From assembly GCF_006345805.1 (NCBI RefSeq), contig NW_021833061.1, positions 68,289 through 132,288 of the forward strand: 64,000 nucleotides of DNA, given 5' to 3'. The stretch's first letter is position 1. Each line of letters begins with the position of its first letter. The DNA comes from Octopus sinensis. Its lineage: Eukaryota. A model generated the notes under the pieces. It saw only the letters and a list, made by a program, of their open reading frames with translations, was not told the DNA's origin and did not search any database. This document shows, one piece after another, positions 10,471-21,975 of this stretch. A program made the position numbers and the translations under genes.

Positions 10471-13126
10471 TTAACTTCCGTTTTCTAGCTTTATGAAAAA
10501 AAGTACTTTTTTGGTAACACGCTTCTTCCGCTTAGGACGTGATTTGGATGGAGAACTCTCTTCCTGTCCCTTACAAAATAATATTAATATCACTAACATC
10601 TGGGAGGTCAAACACGTTTGAAACATGGGGAACATGTTCACTTGGTACTCTGTCGACGTCCTTCCCTTTCTCTCTTTTTTTTTTTTTTTTATCTTTGTCG
10701 GCATAAAATCGTCTGGATTGGCCAATTTCACTAAAAGTTTATGAAATATTAAATTACAGGATGGCAGGACGGGATTCCCAGCCTCGCTCTAATTAAATAA
10801 CACACATACAGTTTTACATCAATTTCAGGAATTTGTTTTGGGGAGATCTCATCTTTGACTGGCATGAACTTATTCAATATTCGTCTTTCACTCTTCTCAC
10901 TGTGCTTCTTGTTAATCCAGTTATGCAAATCAAGTCTAGCAATTTCGAATGAACACTACCCATTAGGGACAGGCAATTTTCTTTGGGCTCCAGGAGCAAC
11001 TGGATTTAGTTCTTGAGAGAAAATTGGTTTCCAACAGTTAACAACGTCCTCGATAGGAAAGTCAGCGTAAAGCATTTCCAATAATTCAACAAGAAGACAA
11101 GCCTACGAATCAAATGCACTATTAAAACGCGTTCTTGAACTTCGACATGCTGACTCTGTTTAAAGAAGATAAGAATATTATTCCATTGAGTGAGGGAAAT
11201 GGAAAGGATAGAACTATGACCAGATTGGCACACTAATTCGATGACGAGACGAGTAATGGCCTGGACACAAGAGGCCTCGACAAACCCAGGTCGAGTTGGA
11301 GTAATTGAAGGACATAGTTTCTCAACATGAGTGAGATTTTGAATGAGTGAGAGAATGTCCTTTACGTACCTTTGAAAATGAAAATGAACGACACACTGTG
11401 AGTATTGGGAAACTATCCACGCAGCAGCAGACAAGACGTAAACATTTTCCCCGTGAAGAACAAGAGAAGAGTGCACCAAGTTGTCAATGAGGATAATCTT
11501 TAATAATAAGAGCAAACAAACCATTTGTTGAACTATGAACTCCCTGACTGATTTGACGCGAACTGCGACAGTCAAAAGTTGTTCCACAATGAGTGAAGAG
11601 TTGTGGTCACTCTGAAAGGAAGCAAGGTGGATAAGAGTGGCAACATACCTAAAATGGACTATCGGTGTCATACCACTCAAAGTTGGAAATATTCTCAAAG
11701 TTATTATCCTTGCAAATTTGTATTATAGTGTAGATGAGTTTACCCGAGTATTCTCCCTCATATAATGTCAGTCCCTTCTTTAAATATTCGACTGACATCA
11801 TGAGATTGTCTCTGTCCACCTGCAATGTCAGGATATGTCCACCAATCGACGAATAAGCGACAGGGCTCTGATTCTGATGGACTGATCATGTTCGTGGAGA
11901 CAGTTTGTGATTCGCTGATGGAAAGGAAGGAGAGCACTGTTCTGAGGAACACGAGACATGATGAGCAGTCCGAGGTACCTCACTGAAATCAAAGAGTGGG
12001 CATACGGTTAGGATCGTTGTCGTCGACGAAGTGTGCTAGTCTTTGAAGACAATACTAAAAAGTGACTAAACAAGACAACAGTGGTTCCTTGTTGGTGAGT
12101 GTTGCTTTGCACTATGAATGAAATTATCATGCCAAACCAATAGCGAGAATGCACTCAAGAACAAGCGAAGGTGAATTATGGCTAGAATAGTCATATCATC
12201 CTACCTTTTGACAGAATTGAGGAGAGGGTCGTACAATTTCTTGATCAACCGAGGCTCGACTGTCAGAAGAGAAGAAAACTGGAATAATAAGGGAATGCCA
12301 CCAATTTGATCAGTTTTATGTGAATCCAGTTATGTGAAGGGTCTTTAAGCAAGTCGAACAGAGAGGGTGCCATCACAACATAGTCAGCAGGCTTCCACTT
12401 GGCCAACTCGCATATCAAGCACACTGTGGCCGTCCTCACCCCCGAGTCCTCGTGTTTGAGCAGATTTTGCAGAGTCGGGAATGCCTGTTTGACGGAAAAT
12501 GGATATTTCTGAAACATTCGGTGGAGGACGAGAACAGCCCGTTGGCGGACGACCTGACTTGTGGAGGAGGATATCTGCTCGAAATAGGGAAATACCACTG
12601 TCATGACATCATCAAATAGAATATTGGCCATATCTTGTGTGGCATAGCTGGATATCGAATGGAGGGCCCAGTTGATTATCAGGTGGTTACGGTTGTGCAA
12701 ATCCTGGATAAGACACGTAGAATACCTTCTTTAGTAGATTGGTGGTGAGGACAATCATTTCTATTCCCTCGTAGAAAATGAGAGAACCACACAAATATCC
12801 GATTTTCTATGTTAAACATATCGAATTACCTTTATTGCGAGTTTCTCAGAACTCATGACCTCGATAACATTAAAAGCACACCAGCTCACGTTGTATCCCA
12901 GCATTTGAAGCTACCAATAATGCACATCCCCAACATATAAGAGTTTGTTCAGGGCATTGGCTTTGGTTTCTATTTTTGTGCTTTTTAATTCTTGGCGTGC
13001 CTCGTCAATGCACTTGGAAATGAATGCATCCTGGTCATCAGCCGCGCGAATGCCTTTGATCATTTTCTGAGTGTTCATTTCTAGTATTGACCCGAGTGTC
13101 TTTTTCACTGTGGACTTGACTGACAT
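10471..13126 (-). CDS. AP3D1: AP-3 complex subunit delta, multi-exon; 3' end uncertain
   Basis: MSVKSTVKK...MIKGIR...KANALNKLLY|MLGYNVSWCAFNVIEVMSS...KIGYL...LTTNLLKK|DL...KQAFPTL...HEDSGVRTATVCLICELAKWKP...NWIHIKLIKL; Lys-rich hinge near 10500-10720. Confidence 0.92.
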
Positions 13127-13469
13127 TCTAAAAATATTGAAAATGAACCAAACAGTTATGTAGAACACCCAAACAACAATTAATTCAATTTGTATATAAT
13201 TTTATTATTTTTATTTCACCCATTTTATTAACCAAACTCAAAATTGATGTCTATTTTAATGATTCTTTAAGATATATGGCCGCCTTCTAAATGAAAAAAA
13301 CACCTCTCTAATAGATCTTTTTTGTAGTCGAGTTCAGGAGCTATTTTTGGAGAATAGAGTCGAGTACTAGAATCTATAATCTCCCATGCTAAAAGTTAAG
13401 CTTTTTTACAATCAGGTCACACCTATCAGAATTCAGTAAATAGTATAATATCTGTTTTTTTGAATGAAT

Positions 13470-14136
13470 TAATGAATGTTTATTGTAAGAAAGTCGAAAA
13501 GTGGCAGTATGTGGACAGAAATAGACGAGACGATTGCTCGGGGCAATTGAGCTCTTCAGTTTTACGACCGGTTTTCTGTAGCGTTTCAGGTTAGTCAACA
13601 ATTCAATCCGATCAATATATAGTTTGGTCACTTGCGATCATCTCCGGAAAATCCTGATTGAGTCTTAGATGATATGCTCTATTGCTGAGGACATATCCCC
13701 CGCCCAGCTTGGGAGAGGACCACCTGGGATCAACCCGTAGCCTAGCTTCTGTCTATAGCGCTGTATTTTTTAAATTTCAGCAGGGTTTTCTTGTATTGCT
13801 CTAAGACTTGGAAAATACTTTAAGTTTAAGTATTACCACGCATTTATTCCATACATTAGACTGGACAGGATGATCCCGTGGAAGACAAACAGAAAGTTAC
13901 TTGGATCCAAATGCATACTCTTTAAGCAGCGATGGGTTTTTTTCTTTCTCCTTGATATGCAAAGAGTAGCCTGAGTTAACGTCAATTGTCGGTCCTCGAT
14001 AACGTATTTAATTTTGGGGAGCAATTCCCGCCAGGGACCCGGGTCCTAACCTGGTGACTTTTTTGCGTTGATTTTGATGTAGGCAGACTTGTTCAAGACC
14101 AGCGAGAGTTATTACTGCTGCACTACTTTTTTATCA
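13470..14136 (-). pseudogene. Old CR1/L2-like LINE, 3' half (thumb region), separated from its RT core by the 12.5-kb hAT
   Basis: RCLKSMHLDPSNFLFVFHGIILSSLMYGINAW; joins 26639-27480 across the CTCTAATG TSD. Confidence 0.7.
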
Positions 14137-15660
14137 CTCTAATGCAGGTGTTCTCAACCAGGGGCGAATCGCCCCCCTAGGGGCGAAAATTTTGTACAGG
14201 GGGGCGATAATATATTTAATAAAATATTCGAATTTTAATATAATACAAGTATTTATACAGTCTGTAACAGCAAAAAGGAATATTCTTAAAAAACCATTTA
14301 AAATTAAATAATATTCATTTTAAATATTTAAATCACTCTAATGACATTAATTATTATGTAATTACATTTTTATAAATTTTAAAAATCTTTGAAAATACAT
14401 AATTTTAGTCAATTATTTGAAATTTTGTAACAGCAAAAAGTAATATATCAAAACCCAACAATAAAAACCATTGAATTAATAGTTAATATATTTTCCCTTG
14501 GCACGACAAAGGTCCAATGTTCTTTTTCTAAAACTTAACGACAATTTTTTGCATATTTCTTCATCAAATTCATTCCAAACGTTTAAAATTTCGGCCTTTA
14601 GATCTTTTAAATTCTGAGGCGCTCTTTCTGCTATTTTCTCTTTAATTATTCCCCATAAGTTTTCGATTTGGTTACAATCAGGAGATTGGGGGGCCATTGC
14701 AACAATTCAACATTTTTTTCATTCAAGAATTGTTTAGTAAGCTTTGCTGTGTGTTTAGGATCGTTATCCTGTTGGAACACAAATTCATCAAGCTGCATTT
14801 TTTCCGCATAAGAAAACAAATTCCTTGATAAAATATCAATATATTTGTATTTGTCCATTATACCGTCAATAAAAACTAATTTGCCGACGCCATAATATGA
14901 GAAACAAGCCCAAACCATCAAACTGCCACCACCATGTTTTACAGTAGGTAAAATATTTTGGGGTTCTAACTTTTTATTGCGTTTTCGCCAAACAAAAGGC
15001 TTTCCATTGGTGTAGAAAAGGTTAATTTACATTCATCTGAAAAAATAATGCTCTTAAGTTTCTTTTCATCATATTGAATCCATTTGCATGCTGCTTCATA
15101 ACGTAATTTAATTATTCGTGGTGTTAGCAATGGTTTTTTTATTGGTTTGTAGGCATATATTTTTTTTCTTGTTCAACATTCTTTTAATTGTCATATGACT
15201 AATTGATAAATTTCTCTCATTTTTTAATTTAATAGAAATTTCCTAAGTGACAATCTGGAGTTTTGTTCAATTTCATAAGAAATCATGTTTGAAATTTCTT
15301 CAGAATAAATATTATGACCACCACTGCCTTTTCTGGGTACCTTTGTATTGCTTAAAGATATTTTTTTTATTTGTTTCGAAATTGTTGATTGGCTAACGTG
15401 CAGAATAGATGCAATATGTTTTGCTTGAAACCGGCATTTTTTAATGAAATAATTTGTGCTATTTTATTTGAAGTCAGTTTCATTTCTATAAGTTATTATT
15501 TATTTATCATGTACACAACAGGAATCAACAGAAATCAACAGAAATTTTTAAAAATCAAAAATATTACTTTTTGCTGTTACAAAATTTCAAATAATTAACT
15601 AAAATTATGTACTTTCAAAGATTTTTAAAATTTATAAAAACGTAATTACATAATAATTAA

Positions 15661-17568
15661 TGTCACCGGTTTTTGCTGGGACCCGGCATCTGCTAGGACC
15701 GCAAGCGTATTTTCAAATAAAAAATATTGAAAATAGTTTATTAACAGTAATAAACACATATTTATTAATTATTTTTAAAAAAGAATATTACTTTTATAAA
15801 ATTAAACTGTCACGTGAAAAATGGGTCTACTGGTTTTGACTAGAGATACTTTGTCAAAAATCAAAGAATACAAAGAATCCTAGATTTGGATGAAGTTTTT
15901 GATAAGAAGGAGAGATATAAAGTCAAACAACATGCAGAAACCTTTTCTTTTGCTGATGGAAAAGCTTATATACGAAGAAATGGCCTAAATCTACGATTTT
16001 TTTGTATTGAAGACGCAGAACTAAAATTACTAATGATTGAAGTATTGGTTGTCATCTAAAAATAGTCCGAGCATAATTCTAATCTTGTTGATCTGCGCCG
16101 ATATGTGGAAGTGAATGATTCAAATTCTTGGGTATACTTTCAGAATTGTAATTTATAGGTACTTGTACTTATTGATTCTTTTTCTAAATTTGGAGTTGTG
16201 GAGCTAGCCAAAAATAAACCTGGTGCTGAGATTTCTTCGTTATTACAAAATATTTTTACATAATTGGCCCCCCAGTCATTCTACAAACCGATAACGGGAG
16301 GGAATTTATGAATTCCTATGTAAATGCAAATTGCGAAAAAAATGAAAATAAAACAAATTTGTGGAAGACCCAGAGCACCTTGGATTCAAGGCCAGGTTGA
16401 AAGGTAACCTACAGCAAATAAATTATCAAACTTTTTAGATTTAATCAATCTATCAAAAGGTGGATTCATCTACAAGTAGTTCTAATAGAACTTTTGGCGT
16501 CTATAAAGATATTATTAAAGAATTGTTTACGACTATAATCGTTCACGACATGCCACAACAAAGCATTTCCTTTCAATATCTTTATGGGAGTAAGAGGCAA
16601 TTATGCACCAAGTGGTGAAGAAATGGAAGCTCTCTGCGCGTTTAATGGAGAAGATGCTGATGCTGAAATTCAATTTGTTGAAAATGAAGTAACTCATGAG
16701 GAAAATATTGCAAAAATTTGTTATCAACATACGAGAATCTAACGAAAGCAGGAGAAAAAATGAAAAACAAACGGAAATGGAAATTCGACGAAAACGACAT
16801 TAAGTTTGTTTATCACGTGTTATAATGCGGATTTAGGTGGGGGATAATGTTCTATTACGGCAGGATATTGATGCTAATCCGCAGAATAGAAATTATCCAT
16901 TATACGATCAAATTGATACAAAAAAATATAAAGTTATTGCGCGAGAAAATATGAATTTTGATATTGAAGATGAAGAAGGATTTGTCATAAAAGGAACAAA
17001 TATTGCGAGACTTTATAAAATTGATTAAAAAATAAGGCTTTGTTTATAAAAAAAAAATAAGGCTTGTGTTAAAATAAGGGTTAAGGATAGGTTGGGGTTA
17101 GGGATAAGGTTGGGGTTAGGGATAGGGTTAGGGATAAGGTTGGGGTTAGGGATAGGGTTAGGGATAAGGTTGGGGTTAGGGATAGGGTTAGGGATAAAGT
17201 CGAAGTTAGCTTAGTTTTTGAGATAAAATTAAGATTTTTTCAGGCCAAAGATAAAAATGTTGTATTTTTATCACGGAATAATACTTTTTGTGTTTTTTAT
17301 TTAATTTTTATTTAAAAAAAAATATAAATAGTTTAATTTTTTTGGACTGGTAACCCAAATATTAATTAAATATTTAAAGTTCAACGGCGTTAATAACGAA
17401 TGTTGGGGTATGTTGGTTTTGTACCAAAAAGAATTTTCAGTAAATTGGAAACTATCAGCATTTTAGGGTTAAACTTTAACTATTTAATAATTTTAGATAT
17501 AAATAAAGCGATTTAGTCGATTTTTAGGGCGGTCAAGGAGATGCCGGTCCCAGCAAAAACCGGTGACA
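15661..17568 (+). mobile_element. Ginger-type DNA transposon A (gypsy-like integrase), decayed, intron-containing
   Basis: TIR TGTCACCGGTTTTTGCTGGGACC...GGTCCCAGCAAAAACCGGTGACA; 5-bp TSD ATTAA. Integrase core LVDLRRY...W|VLVLIDSFSKF...ILQTDNGREF...RPRAPWIQGQVER|FNQSIK. Introns 16042-16065, 16132-16158, 16404-16438. Confidence 0.88.
17075..17197 (+). repeat. Telomere-like array: three perfect 30-mers (GGGATAAGGTTGGGGTTAGGGATAGGGTTA) plus degenerate flanks
   Basis: Perfect copies at 17101-17190, built from TTAGGG-variant hexamers. Confidence 0.95.
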
Positions 17569-17598
17569 ATTAATGTCATTAGAGTGATTTAAATATTT

Positions 17599-20500
17599 TG
17601 TCGCGACCCACGCTGGCGACCATCCAACGCTGGCGACCATCCGACCTTCAATTTGACAGGTTATGACCTTCAGTGATGTATTTTTGACATTAATGACGGA
17701 TTTGTCCCACAATCTTTCAAGATTCGAACCTAAACTGTTATTATTTATTTATACCTCATTCCCTATTTCAAAATCATATTTTGACCTGTGTACTCCCATC
17801 TTTGTATTCATTCTTTTAAATAAGATGAATTCATGTCTGGAGGAGTGAAATTAAAATTTTGTTATTCGTTTCTAAAATAAATACATCGTAAATTACCACT
17901 AAGTTCATCTTCGACAAACGATGCCTCATTATTTTCATCTCTAAATTATAAATAAGATTATAACCTGGTATTTCATGAATCACAGTGTTAATTCCAGAAA
18001 TACCCCTAAACTTTTTGAAGGGGGTCTCATTGATCGCCGAGTGGTGTGTCGTATTATAAAAAAGTTACTTTGTCTAAAAATTGTTTCCAATTTTTAGTTC
18101 CCTCTATTTCCATCATTTTGGCCAGAGCACGAGTTAAGGTTTGGTTAAACCTCTCAATCACACCCTAAGTTATATAACTAACAAACTTGTGACTGAGGAT
18201 GGTTTGGCCTTCCATAAATATGCTTAATTTTGTTTTACTCGCATAGTTGAGCCATAAGTTGGTTTTTGAATTCCAACCCTTGTCCGTTTGCAAGATCTGA
18301 CAATATCCAATTTGATAAAACAAATTTTGGAATTTATTCACCACTTCTTCAAATAATTTTAAGTAAGTCTTACCAGAAGCAGTTTTATTTTTTAAAGATT
18401 TGCAGACAACAAATTTGCTGTGGATGTCAATAATTGTAAGTATCCAATTACATCCATCATTAAACTCTTTATTCGTTTCTAAAATAAATACATGTGTATT
18501 CTATGTGGCGACTTCAACGCCCACCATCCTCTCTGGTTATCCACAAACAAACTGACAAACGTGGCCAGCAAATCACAACGGATGCGGAAGAATTGATCAC
18601 TCTAAACAACCCTCTTCTACACACCCGCTGTGCAATGCGACCTGGTGATTCAAACACTTCTCCTGACATTACCTTATGTTCCCCAAACATCGCCCTCGAC
18701 GCCAAATGGACAGTTCTGTACGACCTACCAACGGACCACAATCCTATTCTAATCAAAATAAACCATCACCCTGTAAAGAAGAGAATTACGAAGACCTACA
18801 TTAACTACAAACGTGGGAATGGGACTCGTTCAGGAGTGAAACTGAACGTATATTCAGTAATTTTTCTTGCTCCTCCATTCAATCATTTGACGCTGCCGTT
18901 GCTTTCTTTACTAGTACACTTCTTTCTGCGGACAAAAAATTTATTCCCCGCGGCTTCATCCGAAATCACGGCCTCCACTTCCCCCCACCTATCATTGAAC
19001 TATTCAAAAAACGAAGGAGGATCAAATCGACGACTTCTATCAATGGAAATGGAGAATCTCTAGCAGAAATCAACAAACAAATTGACGAATTAATCAAGAA
19101 ACATAAAACTGACGAATGGAATGATTTTATCACTTCATAACCCCAAATACTGGATCCCGTGCTTTCTGGAGAACCCTCAAGAAAATTCACACGAGGCAAA
19201 CATGTCCCCTCTCACATGCCACCGGTATCTCGACCAAAAAATCTGTCCTATCTTTCCAGGATCAAGCCAACATCTTAATTCGCCATTATGCAAAAATCAG
19301 TCACCTTCCTACCCCAAAGGATCTCCGTTTCGTAAGAAAATCACATTATAAGTCAAATGACAATTCTACTGACTATTACATTAACATCCCAGAATCACTT
19401 ACCAGGCAACTTGTTGTTAACTCGCGGAATTCTAACGCCAGAGGTCCTGATGGCCTTGCCATCCACCACCTAAAAAATCTGGGTCCTAATGGCTTTCTGG
19501 CTCTGACCAATTTAATCGAATACTCGATCAACCATGGTCTGGTTCCTATGCTTTGGAAGAAATCTACCATCATCCCTATCCCAAAGCCAAATCGTGATAC
19601 CTCTGACCCCTCCTCTTTTCGACCTATCTCTTTGATCTCAGTGGTTTCAAAAATAACAGAGCGAGTTGTATTGAGCATCATAAAACCTTTCCTCCCATTT
19701 GCTGAATCTCAACATGGCTTTCGTTCTTTGCATTCCACTTCCACCCATCTTTCAAAACTGACACAATTCATTGCGGATGGTTTAACAATCATAAGCCACC
19801 TCAAAGAACAATTATTGCATCCATCGACATTGAAAAGGCATTTGACAGAACGTCAAGACACGTTCTGTGTAGGAAAATAACCGATACGGAATTCCCCCCA
19901 TCAATAAAGTCATGGCTACTCTCTTTTCTCTCTGGGCGTCTTGGTCGCACCACAATCATGGCTTCTTACTCACGCTACAAATACTTGCCTAACGGAGTTC
20001 CCCAAGGCTCGGTCCTTTCACCTGCCTTATTTAACTTACATCTGTCAAATATCCCGACGAACAATAATACTCTACTTCTCTCCTACGCTGATGACTTAAT
20101 TTTTGCCTCCCGCCACCAAAACATAATCACCGCTTCTGGATTTCTGCAGGAACACATGAACACTCTTTCGTCCTGGCTGAAATGCAATCTTCTTCAACCT
20201 TCTCCTTCCAAATCATCTGTTACGCTATTCACAACTGACCGCCGTCAGTTCAACTTAGAGCCTAAACTATTCCTAGACCACACTCCCTCCCAGTTGAAAA
20301 ATCCCCCAAAATCTTGGGTCTGATATTTGATTGCTGTTTGTCCTTCTCGAAACATGTTTCATATATCTGTGGAAAATCCCAGAAAAAACTCAATGTGCTC
20401 CGAGCTATTGCGGGGACTTCATTTGGGCAGGATAAGGAAAGTCTAACAGCTGTATACAAGCAGTTTATTAGAACAACTATGAACTACGCCATCCCTGCTG

Positions 20501-21845
20501 GGGTTCCTGCTTATCTAATACAACCTTGAAAAACTTCAGAGAACTCAACTCAGCATTACGAATTATTACCGGCTGTCTAAAAACGACACCTACCGACCAC
20601 CTACATTGGGAATCGAAAATCCTTCCAATCAGTGACCATTTTGAATGCTCGGGCTGCAATTTCTTGACAAATGCCGAACCCTAAATCACCCTGGCTACTT
20701 CCTCTGGCACTCCACTAACAACAGGAGAATAGTTCCGACCCTCGCGGACAAAGTCCGCAAGCTTATACGATCCCCTCCGGACATTAACCAGAGGGGATTC
20801 ACGACCTGGTGGCTACGAGGGCAATCAGATGTCTTGGAATAAACAAGCTTCTGGGACGCTTCCTCCGCCGCCAATTAATAAGATCGAATCCTCCCTCTCA
20901 AGAGAAGCCCGAGTGAACTTGGCTCGTCTCCGCTGTGGCCACCATACTGGCCTACATGATTATCGCATAAAAATCGGTCTTGGTGAAATAACCCCTTCCT
21001 ATTCCCTCAACGACCTTTTCTCCTGTCCAGGCCCGCCTTCTACTTCCTCGGAACACCGGATCACGATCGGGGATCTTTGGGAGCGTCCGACATTGGCTCT
21101 AACGTTCTTGTTAGCCACCGGCTTCCTTCAATTGAAGGGGCGGGGGTAAATAATAAATAAACTCTTTATATCTTCTTACATCAATAAGATCCGCCTGGAA
21201 TCTTTCATTGGGTTTTCCTGCAGTTACATGGTAATTAGAATCCGACACCTAGGTATATTTTTTTAAAATACTTTCAATGGTAGGGCAAATTTACAAATTT
21301 CGCAGTCTTTTATAATTTGTTCGATGATTGGACGTTTTACAGTGAAATAGAATTCACTGCACTTTTTCTGAAGCTTTCGTATTCCCCAGTGGGATTCTTG
21401 GTGAATGGCGAATGCTAGTGTCCTCATCTCCATTTCATTGTCCAGACAAATGACCAATTTGTGTTTTTGGTTATTCTCGTCCTTTAGATAAAGACTATGA
21501 GTTAGGAGTCGCAAATATACCGATCATTAATAATGATAAATTGAGTCGCTTTTTTCATAAGTTTGTATTTTTCTGACTTGGATGTAGTCATCACTGGTTG
21601 TTGAAGTAGTACAACTTCTCAGATTTTGGTATTCACTGTCGTTTTTCACGTAGCCTAAGAATTAAGACTATATGAGCTAACATCTTTGAGAGAAACATAA
21701 TTTTTTTCTAAAATGACGCTAACCATTTCTTAAAATGAATTTTTTCCGGTTTAAATATCAAACTAATCACCTGTCAAACTGAAGGTCATAACCTGTCAAA
21801 CTGATGGTCGCCAGCGTGGGATGGTCGCCAGCGTGGGTCGCGACA
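17599..21845 (-). mobile_element. Ginger-type DNA transposon B (about 1.55 kb net), intron-containing, split by a LINE
   Basis: TIR TGTCGCGACCCACGCTGGCGACCATCC...GGATGGTCGCCAGCGTGGGTCGCGACA; 5-bp TSD TATTT. HHCC finger (IHQESHWGI...CEIC); ERFQADLIDVRRYKE/FNDGCKWILTIID; ILQTDKGLEF; HPQSQ|GVIERFNQ. Confidence 0.9.
18473..21157 (+). mobile_element. 5'-truncated APE-type non-LTR retrotransposon (I/Jockey-group-like, no RNase H seen), frameshifted
   Basis: CGDFNAHHPLW...SPDITLC (APE); WKKSTIIPIPKP...FRPISLIS; GVPQGSVLSPALF; SYADD; C-terminal LARLRCGHH...DLWERP; (TAA)/(TAAA) tail; TSD up to TAAACTCTTTAT at 18461-18472 and 21158-21169. Confidence 0.9.
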
Positions 21846-21975
21846 TATTTAAATGAATATTATTTAATTTAAATGGGTTTTAAGAATATTCCTTTTTGCT
21901 GTTACAGACTGTACATGTTAATTTTAATAATGTTTCAGATTTCAGATTTATTAATATTTTTTCTATAGTGTTAAT

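Larger units (their letters stand above)
14258..21911 (-). mobile_element. Tc1 element with long IR/DR-type TIRs (about 1.5 kb net); right TIR broken by two Ginger insertions
   Basis: TA|CAGTCTGTAACAGCAAAAAGG...CCTTTTTGCTGTTACAGACTG|TA. Inner DRs near 14425 and 15570. Frameshifted transposase at about 14476-15400: VKHGGGSLMVWACFS, FQQDNDPKH, SPDCNQIENLW. Confidence 0.93.

Noticed and set aside
14133-14343. 12-bp identity ATCACTCTAATG between the hAT left flank and the Tc1 TIR
   Set aside because: It overlaps the TSD but is an intrinsic part of both Tc1 TIRs (reverse complement near 17577); treated as chance, and the true second TSD is at 26631.
17075-17197. Chromosome end or CRISPR-like array
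   Set aside because: It is internal to a TIR-bounded element, has no unique spacers and no cas genes, and sits in a eukaryotic context.
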